Assembly (NCBI GenBank): GCA_028534125.1
Contig: CM052817.1
Location: forward strand, 11,906,001-11,970,000
Direction: 5' to 3'
DNA length: 64,000 nucleotides
From: Lama glama
Taxonomy: Eukaryota
The notes below the pieces were generated by a model. That model was not told where the DNA came from and made no database searches. It saw only the letters and a list, made by a program, of their open reading frames with translations. Below, in pieces: positions 36,661 through 48,900 of the stretch. Numbering within the stretch: the stretch's first letter is position 1; each line of letters begins with the position of its first letter. A program made the translations under genes and the position numbers.

Positions 36661-39084
36661 CTAATAGCCTCTGACCTTCTTAGATTGATGCTTTGCTTAG
36701 ATATTAGCTTAGAAGTGCTAGGTAGATAAAACTTTTTTGTGATGTGAATAGCAATCATCTTGATGATCAATAAAAGAAAATAAATTCAATTCAAGTTATT
36801 TGACTTCCAGTTTCCATCTCCTTCCATTCAACTGGGATATTCTTTGTACCAACTTTATGGACAAAAAAGTCCCCATTTTAAAAAGACTATCCAAATAAGA
36901 ATATAAATATAAGAAGACACTATGCTGGTTTGTTAAAAAATGAACAAAAACAACCAAGCAAGCTAATACATAAAACCTGTTCCAGACTGAAAGATTGGTT
37001 TTCCAATAAGAATGAAAATAGATTATCTTATCAAATATTTTTTCCTACTCTGAGAGGCACATACTCCCACCATTCCCAAAGACGCTAAGGACAGAGAATA
37101 ATGTTTCTTTTTGCTGAACTAATGCGTTTCCCTTGTTTTCTTGTTGCAGTCTGGCAAAATTAAGAGAAAAACTGCTATAGCATTTTTTGGTACTTTGCAA
37201 AAAGTAGCAGGCTTCATGAGACTTGATATAAAATTAGGAGTAATAGCCAATGAAGCAAACACTGTGGGAACAAGAAACTTCTAGTTTTGCCAGTTTTGTG
37301 TTCTAAAAATTTTGATTCTATATTAACCCTTTATTTATTAAGTGGCCTATTACTACATTTGGATGAAGGAAGTAAAGCAGTTGGTTTAGTATTTATAATT
37401 AATATTGCCCATGTTCATAAATCTTGGAGTAATGAAAATGTGGTTACCTGCCTTGTATGGCAAGCTGCTGGGTCCATGAAGAAAATCATAATTTTAATTT
37501 CAGCTTTTGAAATGAATAGTGACTCAGTAATAATCCAGCAGACTAGTCAACCTGGTAGCATGTTTGTCCTCATGAATCTAGTCAAAAGGAAATCAAGAAG
37601 GTGGAAAAGAATGTATTTAAAAAGTTAGTAAAAATTTTAGCATGTTTTCTGTCACATGAATAAATCTTTGAACCTCTATCCTGAAGACAGTAATAAAAAT
37701 GAGAGGAAACAATTTAGACAACATTTTGTTATGTATTGTCATGTTCTTATTACCATGTATTTGCTCCTCTATTATTATTGAAAACAATTTGTGGAGAATC
37801 AAACTTTAGAGTTAGAATAAATCTCTGCCAAAATCTACTAGATTTCACTTTATTTTCCTTCCTTCCTTCCTTCCTTTGTTCCTTCCAGGTTGTCAACTAG
37901 ATTATAAAAATTCAAACTTGCTTATTGAGAACATCATAGTGAATTTAAATGTTCAGTGCTGGGGCTTCTGTGACACACCTTAATTTTTCCTGCTCCTCTA
38001 CCACCACCATTACTTTCTGTCCATCTTCCTTTCGTTTTATCAATAAGCATCTACTTACCTCCTGAGATACCCACTTTCTTTTCTTTTGTCAGTATTCTCA
38101 TACAGGATCATCTAGACAACCTGGCCAGCTCCTTCTCCAAGAAAAAAACTGTTTGCAAAATCACTAAAACTCAGAAATACCCAATGCTTATGTTGACTTC
38201 GGTATTTCAACCGTGTTATCTTCACAACTTGGGAGTAATATAATTGATGAAAAGATGTCAACAGATCAAGTTCAAGAATAAAATGTTTATTAAATGGCAA
38301 AGGATGCTGACTTGCATATTCCCAAAGGGAGATACATGCTTTCCAAGTCTCTTGAATTTCCCTACAGAGAAATACAGTGACTGAAAAAACAACCTAAGCA
38401 AAAGGTAGCTTCAACTGGGTGTCTGAGTTTTCCTTTGTCATTCTCATGGCGTTCTGTACCTTACCACCTCCGGCCACATGGCTGTCATCATTAGGTGCAA
38501 ATGTGTAGTCCACAGCCAACCAGCACTTTTCTGAGGATCCCATACAAAGCAGTTTCTCAGGAAAAACTAAGTAAAAGCATCAGAAGCTCTAAAGCCATTC
38601 TGCAGCATAACGAAACAGTCGTGGCGTGCGACCGTTACAAGTACCGTGAAGTCTTCGTCCATTAACAGGTTCATAAGCCATAATATTGAAATGATGTAAA
38701 TTATTCCAGAGAGTATTCACAAATCAGTATTAGAACATAGCTGTGGCTTCTCCAACTTTGGAAAAGGAAATTTGTCTGAAGAAGCATATTCCAAAGGACA
38801 TAGGTCTTTTCATGATTTTAAAGTAACTGCGAGTTTCTGTTTGTGTGCATCGACCTTTAGCTTAAGACAATTTCTTGTAGGGAACTGATTTTTATAAGTC
38901 TCTCAGGAGGTCCCCAAAGCAGATTTCAGTGCCTTGATTTTGAGGCAAGAATAGTAGTATACATCAGGAAGGTGGTCAGGGTCTAAAAAGGAATTTAAAA
39001 ACTGTGTTGAAAGACAATTTTCTAACAGAGTCAGTATAATGATTAAAGGAAGACATTGAAGTGACTTGTTACAATCATTTATCA

Positions 39085-39230
39085 CCATTTATTCACAACT
39101 TATTTGACAAGAGTTTATTTTGTCTACTAAGTGCTAAGTGCTGGGTTGCAGACACAAGCAAGACACTGCTTCTGTTCTGGAAGAGCTCATAAACTGGTGG
39201 AGGAGACAGAAAACCCATCAATTATGAAAA
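39085..39230 (-). mobile_element. L2 3' tail
   Basis: tttattttgtctactaagtgctaagtgctggg...gagctcataaactggtggaggagacaga. Confidence 0.6.
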
Positions 39231-39924
39231 ATGGAAGAATGAAAAAAGGCAACAGACGGGCACGGCTTGTTGCCTTTGGGATGTGGGGAGCGATAAGAAA
39301 AAGCTTGCGTGACTTGCTGCTCTGGAAAAGCTTGGCCAGAAATAACAAACAGGAGGAAGCATTCCAAGACCATGCATTTGAACATGGGAATTTCCTGACT
39401 CATTCAGAGCTCTACAGCTCCTCTTGGCCTAAGAAGAGCAGGATGAGTTAAGCACATTAACAGCCAAGAATCCTAAAAAATGCCCTCACTGACCCAGCTC
39501 CCTCTTCCCTTCCTCTAGTCTAACATTATATTATGATTACTTGTTACGTTGTTTTCTTCCCGACTAAAAGGTGAATAGAGAGGAATCATGTGTCACTATC
39601 TTGGTATCTCATCATGCTTTTAATACATGGCAAATGTATGTCTAAATGCCATGGAAACGTTAAAGAACACATGTCGCCTTGCTGTGCACGAGTCAGGAGG
39701 ACTGACTCAGCTGTGTGGCTTCCGGCAAGGGACTGTGTGTATCCATGCTCTGCCTTCCTCTCGTGTGTGGCAAACACGTTAGATTAGACGCTCCCCAAGA
39801 TCCTTGAGTCTAAGTTTGGATGAGCCTGTGATTCTCCCTAATTAGGCTGTAGAGCTTCAGTGAGGTTCAGAAATGAATATCGCTTTTCAGTCCTTTCAGG
39901 GCACTTAGCTTAGTGCTTTGTAAC

Positions 39925-40130
39925 ACTGGAGTATGTGCTTTGAAGTCAGAAAGTCTTAGTTCCCAATCCCAGGTCTGCTCAACCTCCATCAACCTTAGCC
40001 TTTTTCTTTTGTAACATGAAAAACATAAATTCTAATTATGTAGAATTATTTTGAAGATTGAATGAAGTAATGTCCAAAAAGTACCAAATAAATGGCCTGA
40101 TCCTTAGGTGCCAGAAAATGTTAGCTCTCT
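39925..40130 (+). mobile_element. MIR SINE
   Basis: gctttgaagtcagaaagtcttagttcccaatcccaggtctgc...tgaagattgaatgaag. Confidence 0.65.
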
Positions 40131-41319
40131 TCTCTTGTTTACTCAGAATAATTACTTAATAGATGTTTGTTGATTGCTTTGACTTAGGTGTTGGTCCAAA
40201 GCCAGGGGAGAGGATAAAGTTGGGCAGAAACTCCGCACTCCTTCCTCATGCTGCACTTGCCTGAGTGGAGAAAAGAGGAATAGTTGATATTTTTATATTC
40301 ACACGTCCCTTCCTAGCTGTGAATTTTCATTATCTATTTAACAAAACAAATTCACTGAGTGTCTACTCTGTGAAAGTAATTGTGTTAGATTCTTTAGTGT
40401 AAGAAGTCTGCCTAGTACCCTGAGAAGGGAAATGAACACAGTTTGAGATCAAGTTTTCACGTTTTCTGAAACTCAAGTCAGGAAATATGGCCTGACAAAT
40501 ACCCATGTGCTTTGGGGGTTGTTGAGATAGACTGTTCAAAATTGATTGTCATAGAAATGAGAACAGCATAAATATAAGAGGGTCATTTTCCTCCCAGGTT
40601 CCTGTCACATCCACTTCACGAGCCAATTCCTCCTCCTTGGACAAATATAAGCTCTCTACAGTAGTCATTTCCTCTACCTTCTGGGATGTGAAATTGTCAG
40701 CCACATACAAATACCTTTAATATTGGAGCTAAAGTGATACTCGCCTGAGGAGAGGTGATGGACGTATTCCTACTGGAATTCAGAGACAAAGGACGTCTCT
40801 GCAGCCGGCCCATTGCTCTCCTTGCTACTCTTATCCCTAAACCCTCACTACCCGAGGTTCTGGAAACTAGCTTTCTCATGAGTTGGAGTGTAAGTTGGAG
40901 CAAGGCCATAGAAAAATTGTTAGTTAACACTGTAGATTTGAAGTGACATTGCATTTACAAATTGTTATTTTTCACAAGTGTTTGATTTAAAAACAAAAGT
41001 AGAGTGGGACTGAAAATACCTTTCTCCATAGTTTGGTAGAAAAAAGTATTTCTTGAATGCAAATATTTTCTGAACTCTTTAAAGGCATTCTAATTGAACA
41101 CTGAGTGATTGCACATGTGCCAAGGCATCCCTCATTTTAAGTTAATCAGAGTTTCCTTTAACCTGCTGCTTTCTAAGCTGGTCTATCTTGTTTGCTCAAA
41201 GGACAAAAACAGAAATTGGTTAAAGTAAGAATTTTTTTGATAGGCCTATAACATACACAGCAAATAAAGCTTTAGGATTTCTTTGAATCAAAGGTCAAAT
41301 GAAATCACTACTCGATCCC

Positions 41320-41702
41320 TGTTATAGACTGAACTATGTTCCCCCTCCCCCCAAAACTCATATGTTGAAGCCCTAAACTCTTAGTATGCTGGTATTTGGA
41401 GATGGGCTTTGGGAGATAATTAGATTTAGATGAGGTTGTGAGGGTGGGCCTTCATGATGGAGTTAGTATCCTAATATGAAAATATACCAGAGTTTGCACT
41501 ACCCCTCACACTGCCATGTAAGGGTATGGTGAGAAGTTGGCATCTGAAAGCCAAGAAGAGGGCCGTCACCAGAACTGATCGTGCTGGCACCCTGACCTCA
41601 GACTTCAAGCCTCCAGAGCTGGGAGAACATAATTTTTTTTTTCCAATTGTTTAAGCCACCCTATCTCTGGTATTTTGTTATGGTAGCGTGAACTGACAAA
41701 TG
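41320..41702 (+). mobile_element. MaLR LTR (MLT1A-like)
   Basis: tgttatagactgaa...tcatatgttgaagccctaa...gctggcaccctgacctcagacttcaagcctccaga...ggtattttgttatggtagc. Confidence 0.9.
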
Positions 41703-42272
41703 AAGTCAAATTTTCCCTTCATGCGTATATTTTAAATTTCAAATTTGAAAATTGAGTATAGAACTCTGTGGTTGAGTGGCTTTCCAGGGAGATTCATGGC
41801 AAATATTGCTGATTTTCATGCTGCTGCCCTGTTTGTCTGAACAAATGGGTGATCTGTGTGTCATGGAAGAGATGGATGTGGAAATAGCACATGCTTCCCC
41901 CATGGCCGGAGTAAGATGGTTTCACTTAACAGTGGCCTTGAGCCAGCTCTGAGAAACTGTGGCCCAGGACTCGGAAGGACACCCCTGAAAGAAACTGCTG
42001 ATTTCTTACCGCTCATGGACAGTTTTAAGAATTTGTTTTTCTCCCCCCACTCCCCAAATTTCAGTCTCTACACTAAAGGAAATGATAGAGAAACAAATAA
42101 GTAGCAACTAAGGTCTACTCAGTGCCTTTGTTTTTCTAGGTACTCTGGTAGAGGCTTTCTGCAAAGTATGTCAAATAATTATAATATCCCATTAATGTAG
42201 GCATTTCCATCCTAAGTTTAGAGTTGTACAATGTGAAGCTTGTAGAGAGAAGTTGATTGAATTGGCCAGTAT

Positions 42273-42869
42273 TGTTACTGAGTTGGCCAGGTCCTAGCTG
42301 GGGCTGAGGTCCCCATCCTGGCCAGGGAGGTTCTCTTTCCCATTGGATTTGCACAGCCAATAATGAAAGTGATACTGAGACTGGAACGGCATAGGCTTTA
42401 TTCAATGGCCAAAGAGTGGAAAAGCGGGAACCTAGTTAGCAAATCAACTTTTCAACCCAATTTGGGTGGAGACACCAAATATATAGGGAGTCGAGGTAAA
42501 AGGGATGGAATTGGAAAGATTGAGAGGAGTATTCACAAGTTATCTGAGAACAGGGGTGTGGTTTGGACCCAGAACTGATGCAACTCTCCTTTTCAGTCCT
42601 TGTGTAGCTTCTCTGGTTACTGTCATGGCAGTCATCAACTGTCCAGGAGCTGGTGGGTGTGTCATTTAGCATGTTAATGCATTACATTGAGCATATAATG
42701 AGGCTCAAGGTCTACTGAAAGTCAAATCCTCCTCCATCTTGGACCTAGTTGGTTCTAACCAGTTCTTGTTTCTTCTCTTGCAGCTTCCTCCTGAAACTTA
42801 GATAAAGTAATTGGTTTCTATTCAAGAGAGAGGCAAGGGTATGATTCTAGGGCAACAGCCCTGGTAACA
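42273..42869 (-). mobile_element. Complete solo ERV1 LTR, MER41-like (597 bp), inserted in a minus-strand MIR
   Basis: TGTTAC...GTAACA termini; exact 4-bp TSD GTAT (42269-72 and 42870-73); minus-strand AATAAA at 42397-402; MER41-like core gctaaatgacacacccaccagc. Confidence 0.9.
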
Positions 42870-43284
42870 GTATCATACGGTGAGTGAGAGTGTGGCTGGG
42901 ACTTCAGTCCCAGAGCATTTCATGTTTATGTCATGCCTGTGTGCTCTCAGCTACAGCACCAACCTTACAATCATTTTTCTTAATTCAGATAAGAAGAGAT
43001 CATTTATCCGCTGGGAGAACCCACTCTAGTCAGCAAAGTCATGGTGCTGAAGGAATAATTTTTGTTTGGGGAGCAGAGCAAAAAGTTCCATTTCCCACTT
43101 CAGCTGTTGTCCCTGCCTTTTTCCCTGATGGAAAAGAGAGGGACTTATTAGCAATTATAGAGACAGAATAACCAGAGTTTTCTGTTTTATGGAACTTACT
43201 CCCTCTTCTCTTGCATCCTTAGAAATTTCTTGAAGCACAAAGTTGTAAGAAGAGGTTTAATTAACAGAAAATATTTGATGTGCT

Positions 43285-43676
43285 TGATACCAAGCAGGAC
43301 CCTATGAGGTCCTCCCTGGAACAAATCTTTCCATGTCTCCAATTTCTTGTTTGTAGGAAATAGGCTTCTTTCAGCTTCCTTGACCTTCCCTGAGTTCCAA
43401 AGGGCAGATTCAAATACCTGTTAACCTGAGAAGGGAAGGGATGCAGAAACAAAGGAGGAACAGTCAAGAAACAACAGTGCAACTCTGGGGCAGAGTCCTG
43501 GTTCGTCCTTAAAGAATATACATAACAATATCTTTAAGTTCCTCTGCAGAAACTAAGCCCCAACCCCACAGTCCCTGCCTCTTATTTATGGCTGAGCAGA
43601 ATCTTGGACAGTTTTTCTGGGAGGACAGTGGGTCCACCAGATTGCAGGCATTCTGATTAAAAGCAACTTTCCTTTC
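43285..43676 (+). mobile_element. ERV1-type LTR (cetartiodactyl-like family), 3' end lost
   Basis: Starts TGATACC; ttgaccttccctgagttccaaagggcagattcaaa; ATTAAA near 43656; abuts the next LTR. Confidence 0.7.
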
Positions 43677-43960
43677 TGTTACCAAAGCTGTTGCCCTCAG
43701 GCTCATATCCTGGCCCATCCCTGGAATAGAAACCAATTATTCTTATCTAAGTCTCCGGAGGCAGCTGCAAAGAGAAGAAACAAGAACCAGTTAGAATCAA
43801 CCAAGTCCAAGATAGTGGAGGATTTGACTTCCAGTGGACTTGAGCCTCATTATACACTCATTGTAATGCATTAGCATGCTAAATAACACACCCACCAGCT
43901 CCATAATAGTTGACAATTGCCATGAAAACAACTGGAGAAGCCTGTACAAGGACTGAAAAG
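43677..43960 (+). mobile_element. 5' part of a second MER41-like LTR
   Basis: Starts TGTTACC; collinear reverse-complement match to 42589-42869. Confidence 0.9.
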
Positions 43961-45769
43961 CCCACGCAGGGACTGATTGGCTCTGTCACACCTGGAAGGA
44001 GGACATGATGGCAGAAGCCTCTCACAAGGGTTCACATGGCCCAGCCCCAGCTGCAGCTGTCTTTTTACCGGCCATCTTGACTGATGGCTCCCCACTTCTT
44101 TTTGTATTAAGAACTCTGAAAGGGGTATATGCAGTAATTTATTTAGTATTCTAAACTCAAGTTCTCACAAGCAACTTTGTTTGTTAATGGTTATCATTGT
44201 GTCTTCCCTGTGATCTTCAGGCTATTGTGAAATCAAGTCTAGACTGGTGAGTCTGTGCACACGTGTGCTGTTTGTGAATGTGTGTGTCACAGATGAAAGG
44301 GGAAGAGGACGAGGAGAGTGTGCACACACGTCAGACATGTCAGGGAACAGAAGGCTCAGGACGCTATTCATGGCAACGTTTTATGCCTTCTTTTCCAGTA
44401 AACCTCAGTGTCCCTCTACATATTTTGAGGAGTGATTACCATGGAAACTATTAAAAAGCTCAAAAACATTGCAGCTTTATATTCTCCACCTAGAGCCTCT
44501 TACAAAGGGGACCTCACAGATACTTAACTTCCTAGTTTTTTTTTCCTAATTACACATTCACATTTACCTTATTTTATGCAGAGAAAACATAGAGACTGGT
44601 GTTGTGAACATCACTGTTAATAGTCAACATTGACAGTGTTGTCTTTATCACTCGTAAACCCAGCTTTGGTTTTGGATTTCAAAGGGAAAGTATCAGATTT
44701 GATATCTCAATAAAATTATTATGTCATCATGGAAAATTTCCCTGAATTTAACCATATTTCTTATTCCCTGCTTTAAAAATTATTTGACTTTTGTGACAGA
44801 ATGAGAATAATATTTTAAACATCTCATATGATAGGAATAATACTTATGAAAAATGTTGTCAAAACATTATGGAGATCGTCTATGTTGAGGTCTTCTTTTT
44901 TACCACTTGCTTTATTAAAAAAATGAGAACTGCACACTGAGACAAAAATTATGAAAACATACTTGGTATGCTTGGAACTAGAGGCTTTGTCTTTTGTTGT
45001 TAAAATACACTACAGAGATGGAGTGTCTGGAGAACTGCAATCCATTTTAGTTTTTCTCTGCCACACATAATATGTTGAGATACAGTTGCCAATTGGACCT
45101 CTTCCTCTGCTGTCTGTATTTGCACAGTATGCCTTCTGCTAGGCAGGATAATGAACGATAAAAAATTATACCAGTTGGTGGCAATGTTGTTTTCACAGCA
45201 ATGGTCACTTAGTTAAAACCACAAGCCTATGCTTATTTTCTCCTTATTAACTGTTATTATGAGTTTCTAACTTGTGCTACAAGTTATTTCTGGCTTGAGA
45301 ATGAAGCCGGGTTTCTATAACCCCCCAAGTTTTCACCTTGTTTTCTTTAAATCTTTTTCATCACCGAAGGCAAACTAAACGTGAAATAATAAACAGCAAG
45401 ATTGTGTGGGCTGAAAAAGCAAATTCTGAAGACCGCAGGAAACTATGTCAAACATTGCCTTTCCTCATCAAGAAATTATACATACATGCACTGGAATGCA
45501 ATTTCGAATCCTGGTCCTCAGATGCCTTTCATCTGGTATTCTGTTTTAGAACTTATTACTCAATAGGCAGAATATGTGATATTTAGTGAAAACTTCCCTG
45601 AACATCAATTTTTATCCAACTAAAATCAGAAAACCTTCCAAGACAAGCAATTGATAAAGTTTAACTGTTTAAATTTATTTCATGTGTAGAAAGGACAGAT
45701 GGAATACAAGAATACATTTGGTGGTTGGAAATTGAGCACCAATTGGCCTCAACTTGTGCTACAATTCTT

Positions 45770-46112
45770 TACCCTCTGGCTCAAATCTCAGCTGGTCCAA
45801 GAAATCTTTCCAAATGACATCCCAATTTGAATTAATATTTGTACCTCAACTGTTAGCAACTTCTAAAATGCCTTATTCATGTCTCCACTGTAGTATTTAC
45901 CATAACTTGATTTATATTGGCTATTTGTGCACACGTTACCCATGTTAGGTATCAGTTTAACTCCACAAAGTTTGCTGGACACCAACCACGTACTAGCCAC
46001 ACTCTGCTGAACTCCAGTACTGTGAACTTTACAAAATCAGTGGCTGAGTCTTGTCCGATTGTGTGTTTCTCACTTTTCTTAGCGTTGTGAAACATCAATA
46101 TGTATTTGTTGA
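45770..46112 (+). mobile_element. L2 3' end, diverged
   Basis: Ends catcaatatgtatttgttga; L2-like body. Confidence 0.5.
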
Positions 46113-46477
46113 CTTTGATGAGCTTAGAGCTTCTGTCTTTAAAGGGTGATGCTGGTGCACTTGTTTCTTGAGTAGTTGCAAGTGTGCAAACCTAGTGTCA
46201 AGAACGAACCAAAGAGACGAGCCGGTGAAAAGGGACTGAACTGACCCTCAAGTGCCAGGAACAAAGCAGGGGGAGGAACAGCAAGTGAAGCTAGTGGGTT
46301 TAGCAGGAAAGATAGTGAGGGAAGCAATAATATTAATAATAACAGAAACAGCGACCACCACATACTCTGAGCTGTGTACATGCTATGAGTTAAGTCATTA
46401 AATCCTCCCAACGATTTCCAAGGTGGGCATTAATGTCATTGTCCCCGTCTTATAGATGAGGGAACTAGCAATGCTAT

Positions 46478-47008
46478 TGTAGTGGCCGATGAATTCTATT
46501 TCTTATTTCCCCCTGTCTGTCAGTACTTTGATTTGGTTCAGAGGTTCACCCTTTTCCAACACAGAGGAAACACCTCTTTGAAAACTGATACCATTTCCAG
46601 CTCTAGAAGAGGTCCCCATTGGTTTAATGATTACTCCATCCCTTGCCAACGATCTGTTCAGGAACTCAGGCCCAAGTTGTTAAGTCCGTGGCACTGCCTG
46701 GCCATAGGAACTGGTTTGGGAATCGGCACGTGACCCAATTCAGGCTGAAGGCCTGCTGGAGGCTCCTAGGAAAATAAACCCTTGAACACCGAAGAGAGAG
46801 ATCCTGGAAGCAAATCTCTCATTTCCTCTCAATTTAATGGTGAACACATATAAAGTCAGAGACTGCTACAGACATTTTGTCACCATGACACAACGAGGGA
46901 GGAGCTCAGATTTGATGGGCCAATGCATTTACTCTCTTTAAATGATGAATTGGGTCAGATTTTTTGGTTTGATTTGTTACTTGTTGCTGGCAGCATCCCA
47001 GTTGACAC
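46478..47008 (+). mobile_element. MaLR LTR (MLT1K/L-like) inserted in a minus-strand MIR (46350-46470 and 47010-47120)
   Basis: ggcacgtgacccaattcaggc...tttgttacttgttgctggcagcatcccagttgacaca; MIR halves on both sides. Confidence 0.75.
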
Positions 47009-48392
47009 AAACCCGAGATAAAAGAGGTTAAGTAATTTTTCCAAAGTCATACATCTGGTAAATGAAAGTCAGGTCCAGCTTCAAAGTCAGGTCCATGGGA
47101 CCAGTTGTAAACACTTTTTAGCATCACCTCCCTGTGGCTACCTGGGGAAATTCTACATGAATCTTCTTGAGAGTATATCTGTACTTTGGCTGAGTTAGTG
47201 TGGGTTTCCTTAATAGGTTTCAGTTTCTGTCTTTATTATGGACTTCTCAGTGTTCAAGTTCTTTTACTGGGGACCTTTTGTTGGCCTGATATCTCTAGCC
47301 AGTTCACTCCCCAAACCCTAGTGACTGGAGCCACTTCCTTAAACTCCTAGCTAATGAGTGGAAGGAAGCCTGCTTCAACTCAGATGGCTCTCTCAGGAAT
47401 GGCAATGATACAGCCACCTGTGAAGCTCTCTCTGTGCAGACACCCCTGTAGTCACATGGACTCAGCAACTCAGCCTTCTAAGAAATACAGTTGTGATCTG
47501 GCAAAGTGTTAATTCTTCCTTGCAACATTGTGATATGAGCTGCTGCCCTTCTCTTAGTCCTCATCCACCAGATTCCAGGACTCTCTCTCTTGCCAACCCA
47601 GCCTTAAGATTCTATGCCTTGCAACTAAAGTGGGGCTTGGCTGGGACTGTACATTATGGTCAAAGATGACCCAGGTATACCACTATCATACTACAAGGTA
47701 CCATGTGATTAAAGAACTGTAATTGGTGTTCAAAAAATGCAGCTGGTGTAAAACAAAGATTAGTCCAAATCTCATTGATGGGAAGAAGAAGAAAAGACAA
47801 GAGGGGGAGCAAGTAACGCAGTAGATGGGAATATTGCATCTTGTTTTTAACAGGCTTCTGAGACCCACAACGGTTCAATAGTTAATACTCTTCCCTGTGC
47901 CCTGCCTCCTAAAACTTTGTGCGGGCTTCTTTCAAGATTTGGAGTTTTTGCTTGGTGACTTTGAAAACTGGAGACACAAATAGCTGGTGTATTGAGTTGC
48001 CTCAAGAACATAATGAAGTTATCTTGGCAGACGAATCAAATGATAGTTCTTAAGCAAAAATGAGGAAAATAGTCTAATATTTATACAGTATTGCCAAGAG
48101 TCACATCTTTTAAAATTTCAAAGGAGAAACTAATGGCCTGGAAACCTCGATAAATGTATGTTGACATCCTAGAAAAGAGTGGCCATTCAATTACTTCCAT
48201 GCTGTATCAGCTGGAGATGAAAAGCATATGGTTGGAAAATGCCCCCAAGTTCATGAGGCCTTTGACTGTTGCTAAAATATTTGATATTAATATCCTTCTT
48301 GACTTGGTCTCATAAAGTATTTCCTTTCAAACAAAAACTCCGAAGGGGGAGGATTAGCCCAAGTTTGGAATCAATTCAGATCAAATACACAC

Positions 48393-48900
48393 ATTCATTC
48401 ATTCATTCATTCGTTCATCCATTCAGTTAACCATAAACCCTGCAAATATGTATTGAGCACTCACCTCACTAAAGACTCTGGGTTAAGCTCCAAGCCTTCC
48501 AGAAGGAAATGAGGGGAGATGTTCATTTAAGAAGCTCACAGGGTACTGGAGTACGGGGGGAGAGGTGAGGGCACTGCACATACTCATCAGACCCATTGTG
48601 TTTGGAAAGACAGCACAGGAGTGGGAAGCGGGGCGGGTGAGCGCAACACTCCAGGGAAGAAGATGCCAAGAAAATGATACAGGGACAGAGGCATAAAGGA
48701 AGAGTTATCTTTACTCCGCAGAGAAGGAGGGGAAGAATTCTAGAAGACAGAGGTTGGAGGCGGGAAGCAGCACGCAGGACTTTGGTGATGCTGGGTCGGG
48801 GTGAGGGGAGTGGGGGAAGGAGAGGCTCTGAGGCAGGAAAGGCCAACGGGCTGTCAGAAGGAGCCACAGGTTCAGACATTTCAATTTTATACTCTAACCG
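48393..48900 (-). mobile_element. L2 3' end with (TTCA)n tail
   Basis: ttcattcattcattcattcgttcatccattc...atgtattgagcact. Confidence 0.65.

Noticed and set aside
37287..37628. 113-aa ORF in unique DNA
   Set aside because: Non-ATG start, no recognisable homology and no flanking splice structure
40598..40954. Acceptor ttttcctcccag plus overlapping ORFs, considered as a coding exon
   Set aside because: The frame I translated from the acceptor stops after about 40 codons and the peptides match nothing I recognise
47064..47095. Short tandem duplications (aaagtcaggtcca x2; also actacagaga..agtta x2 near 62975)
   Set aside because: Ordinary 18-bp slippage duplications with two units only; not an array
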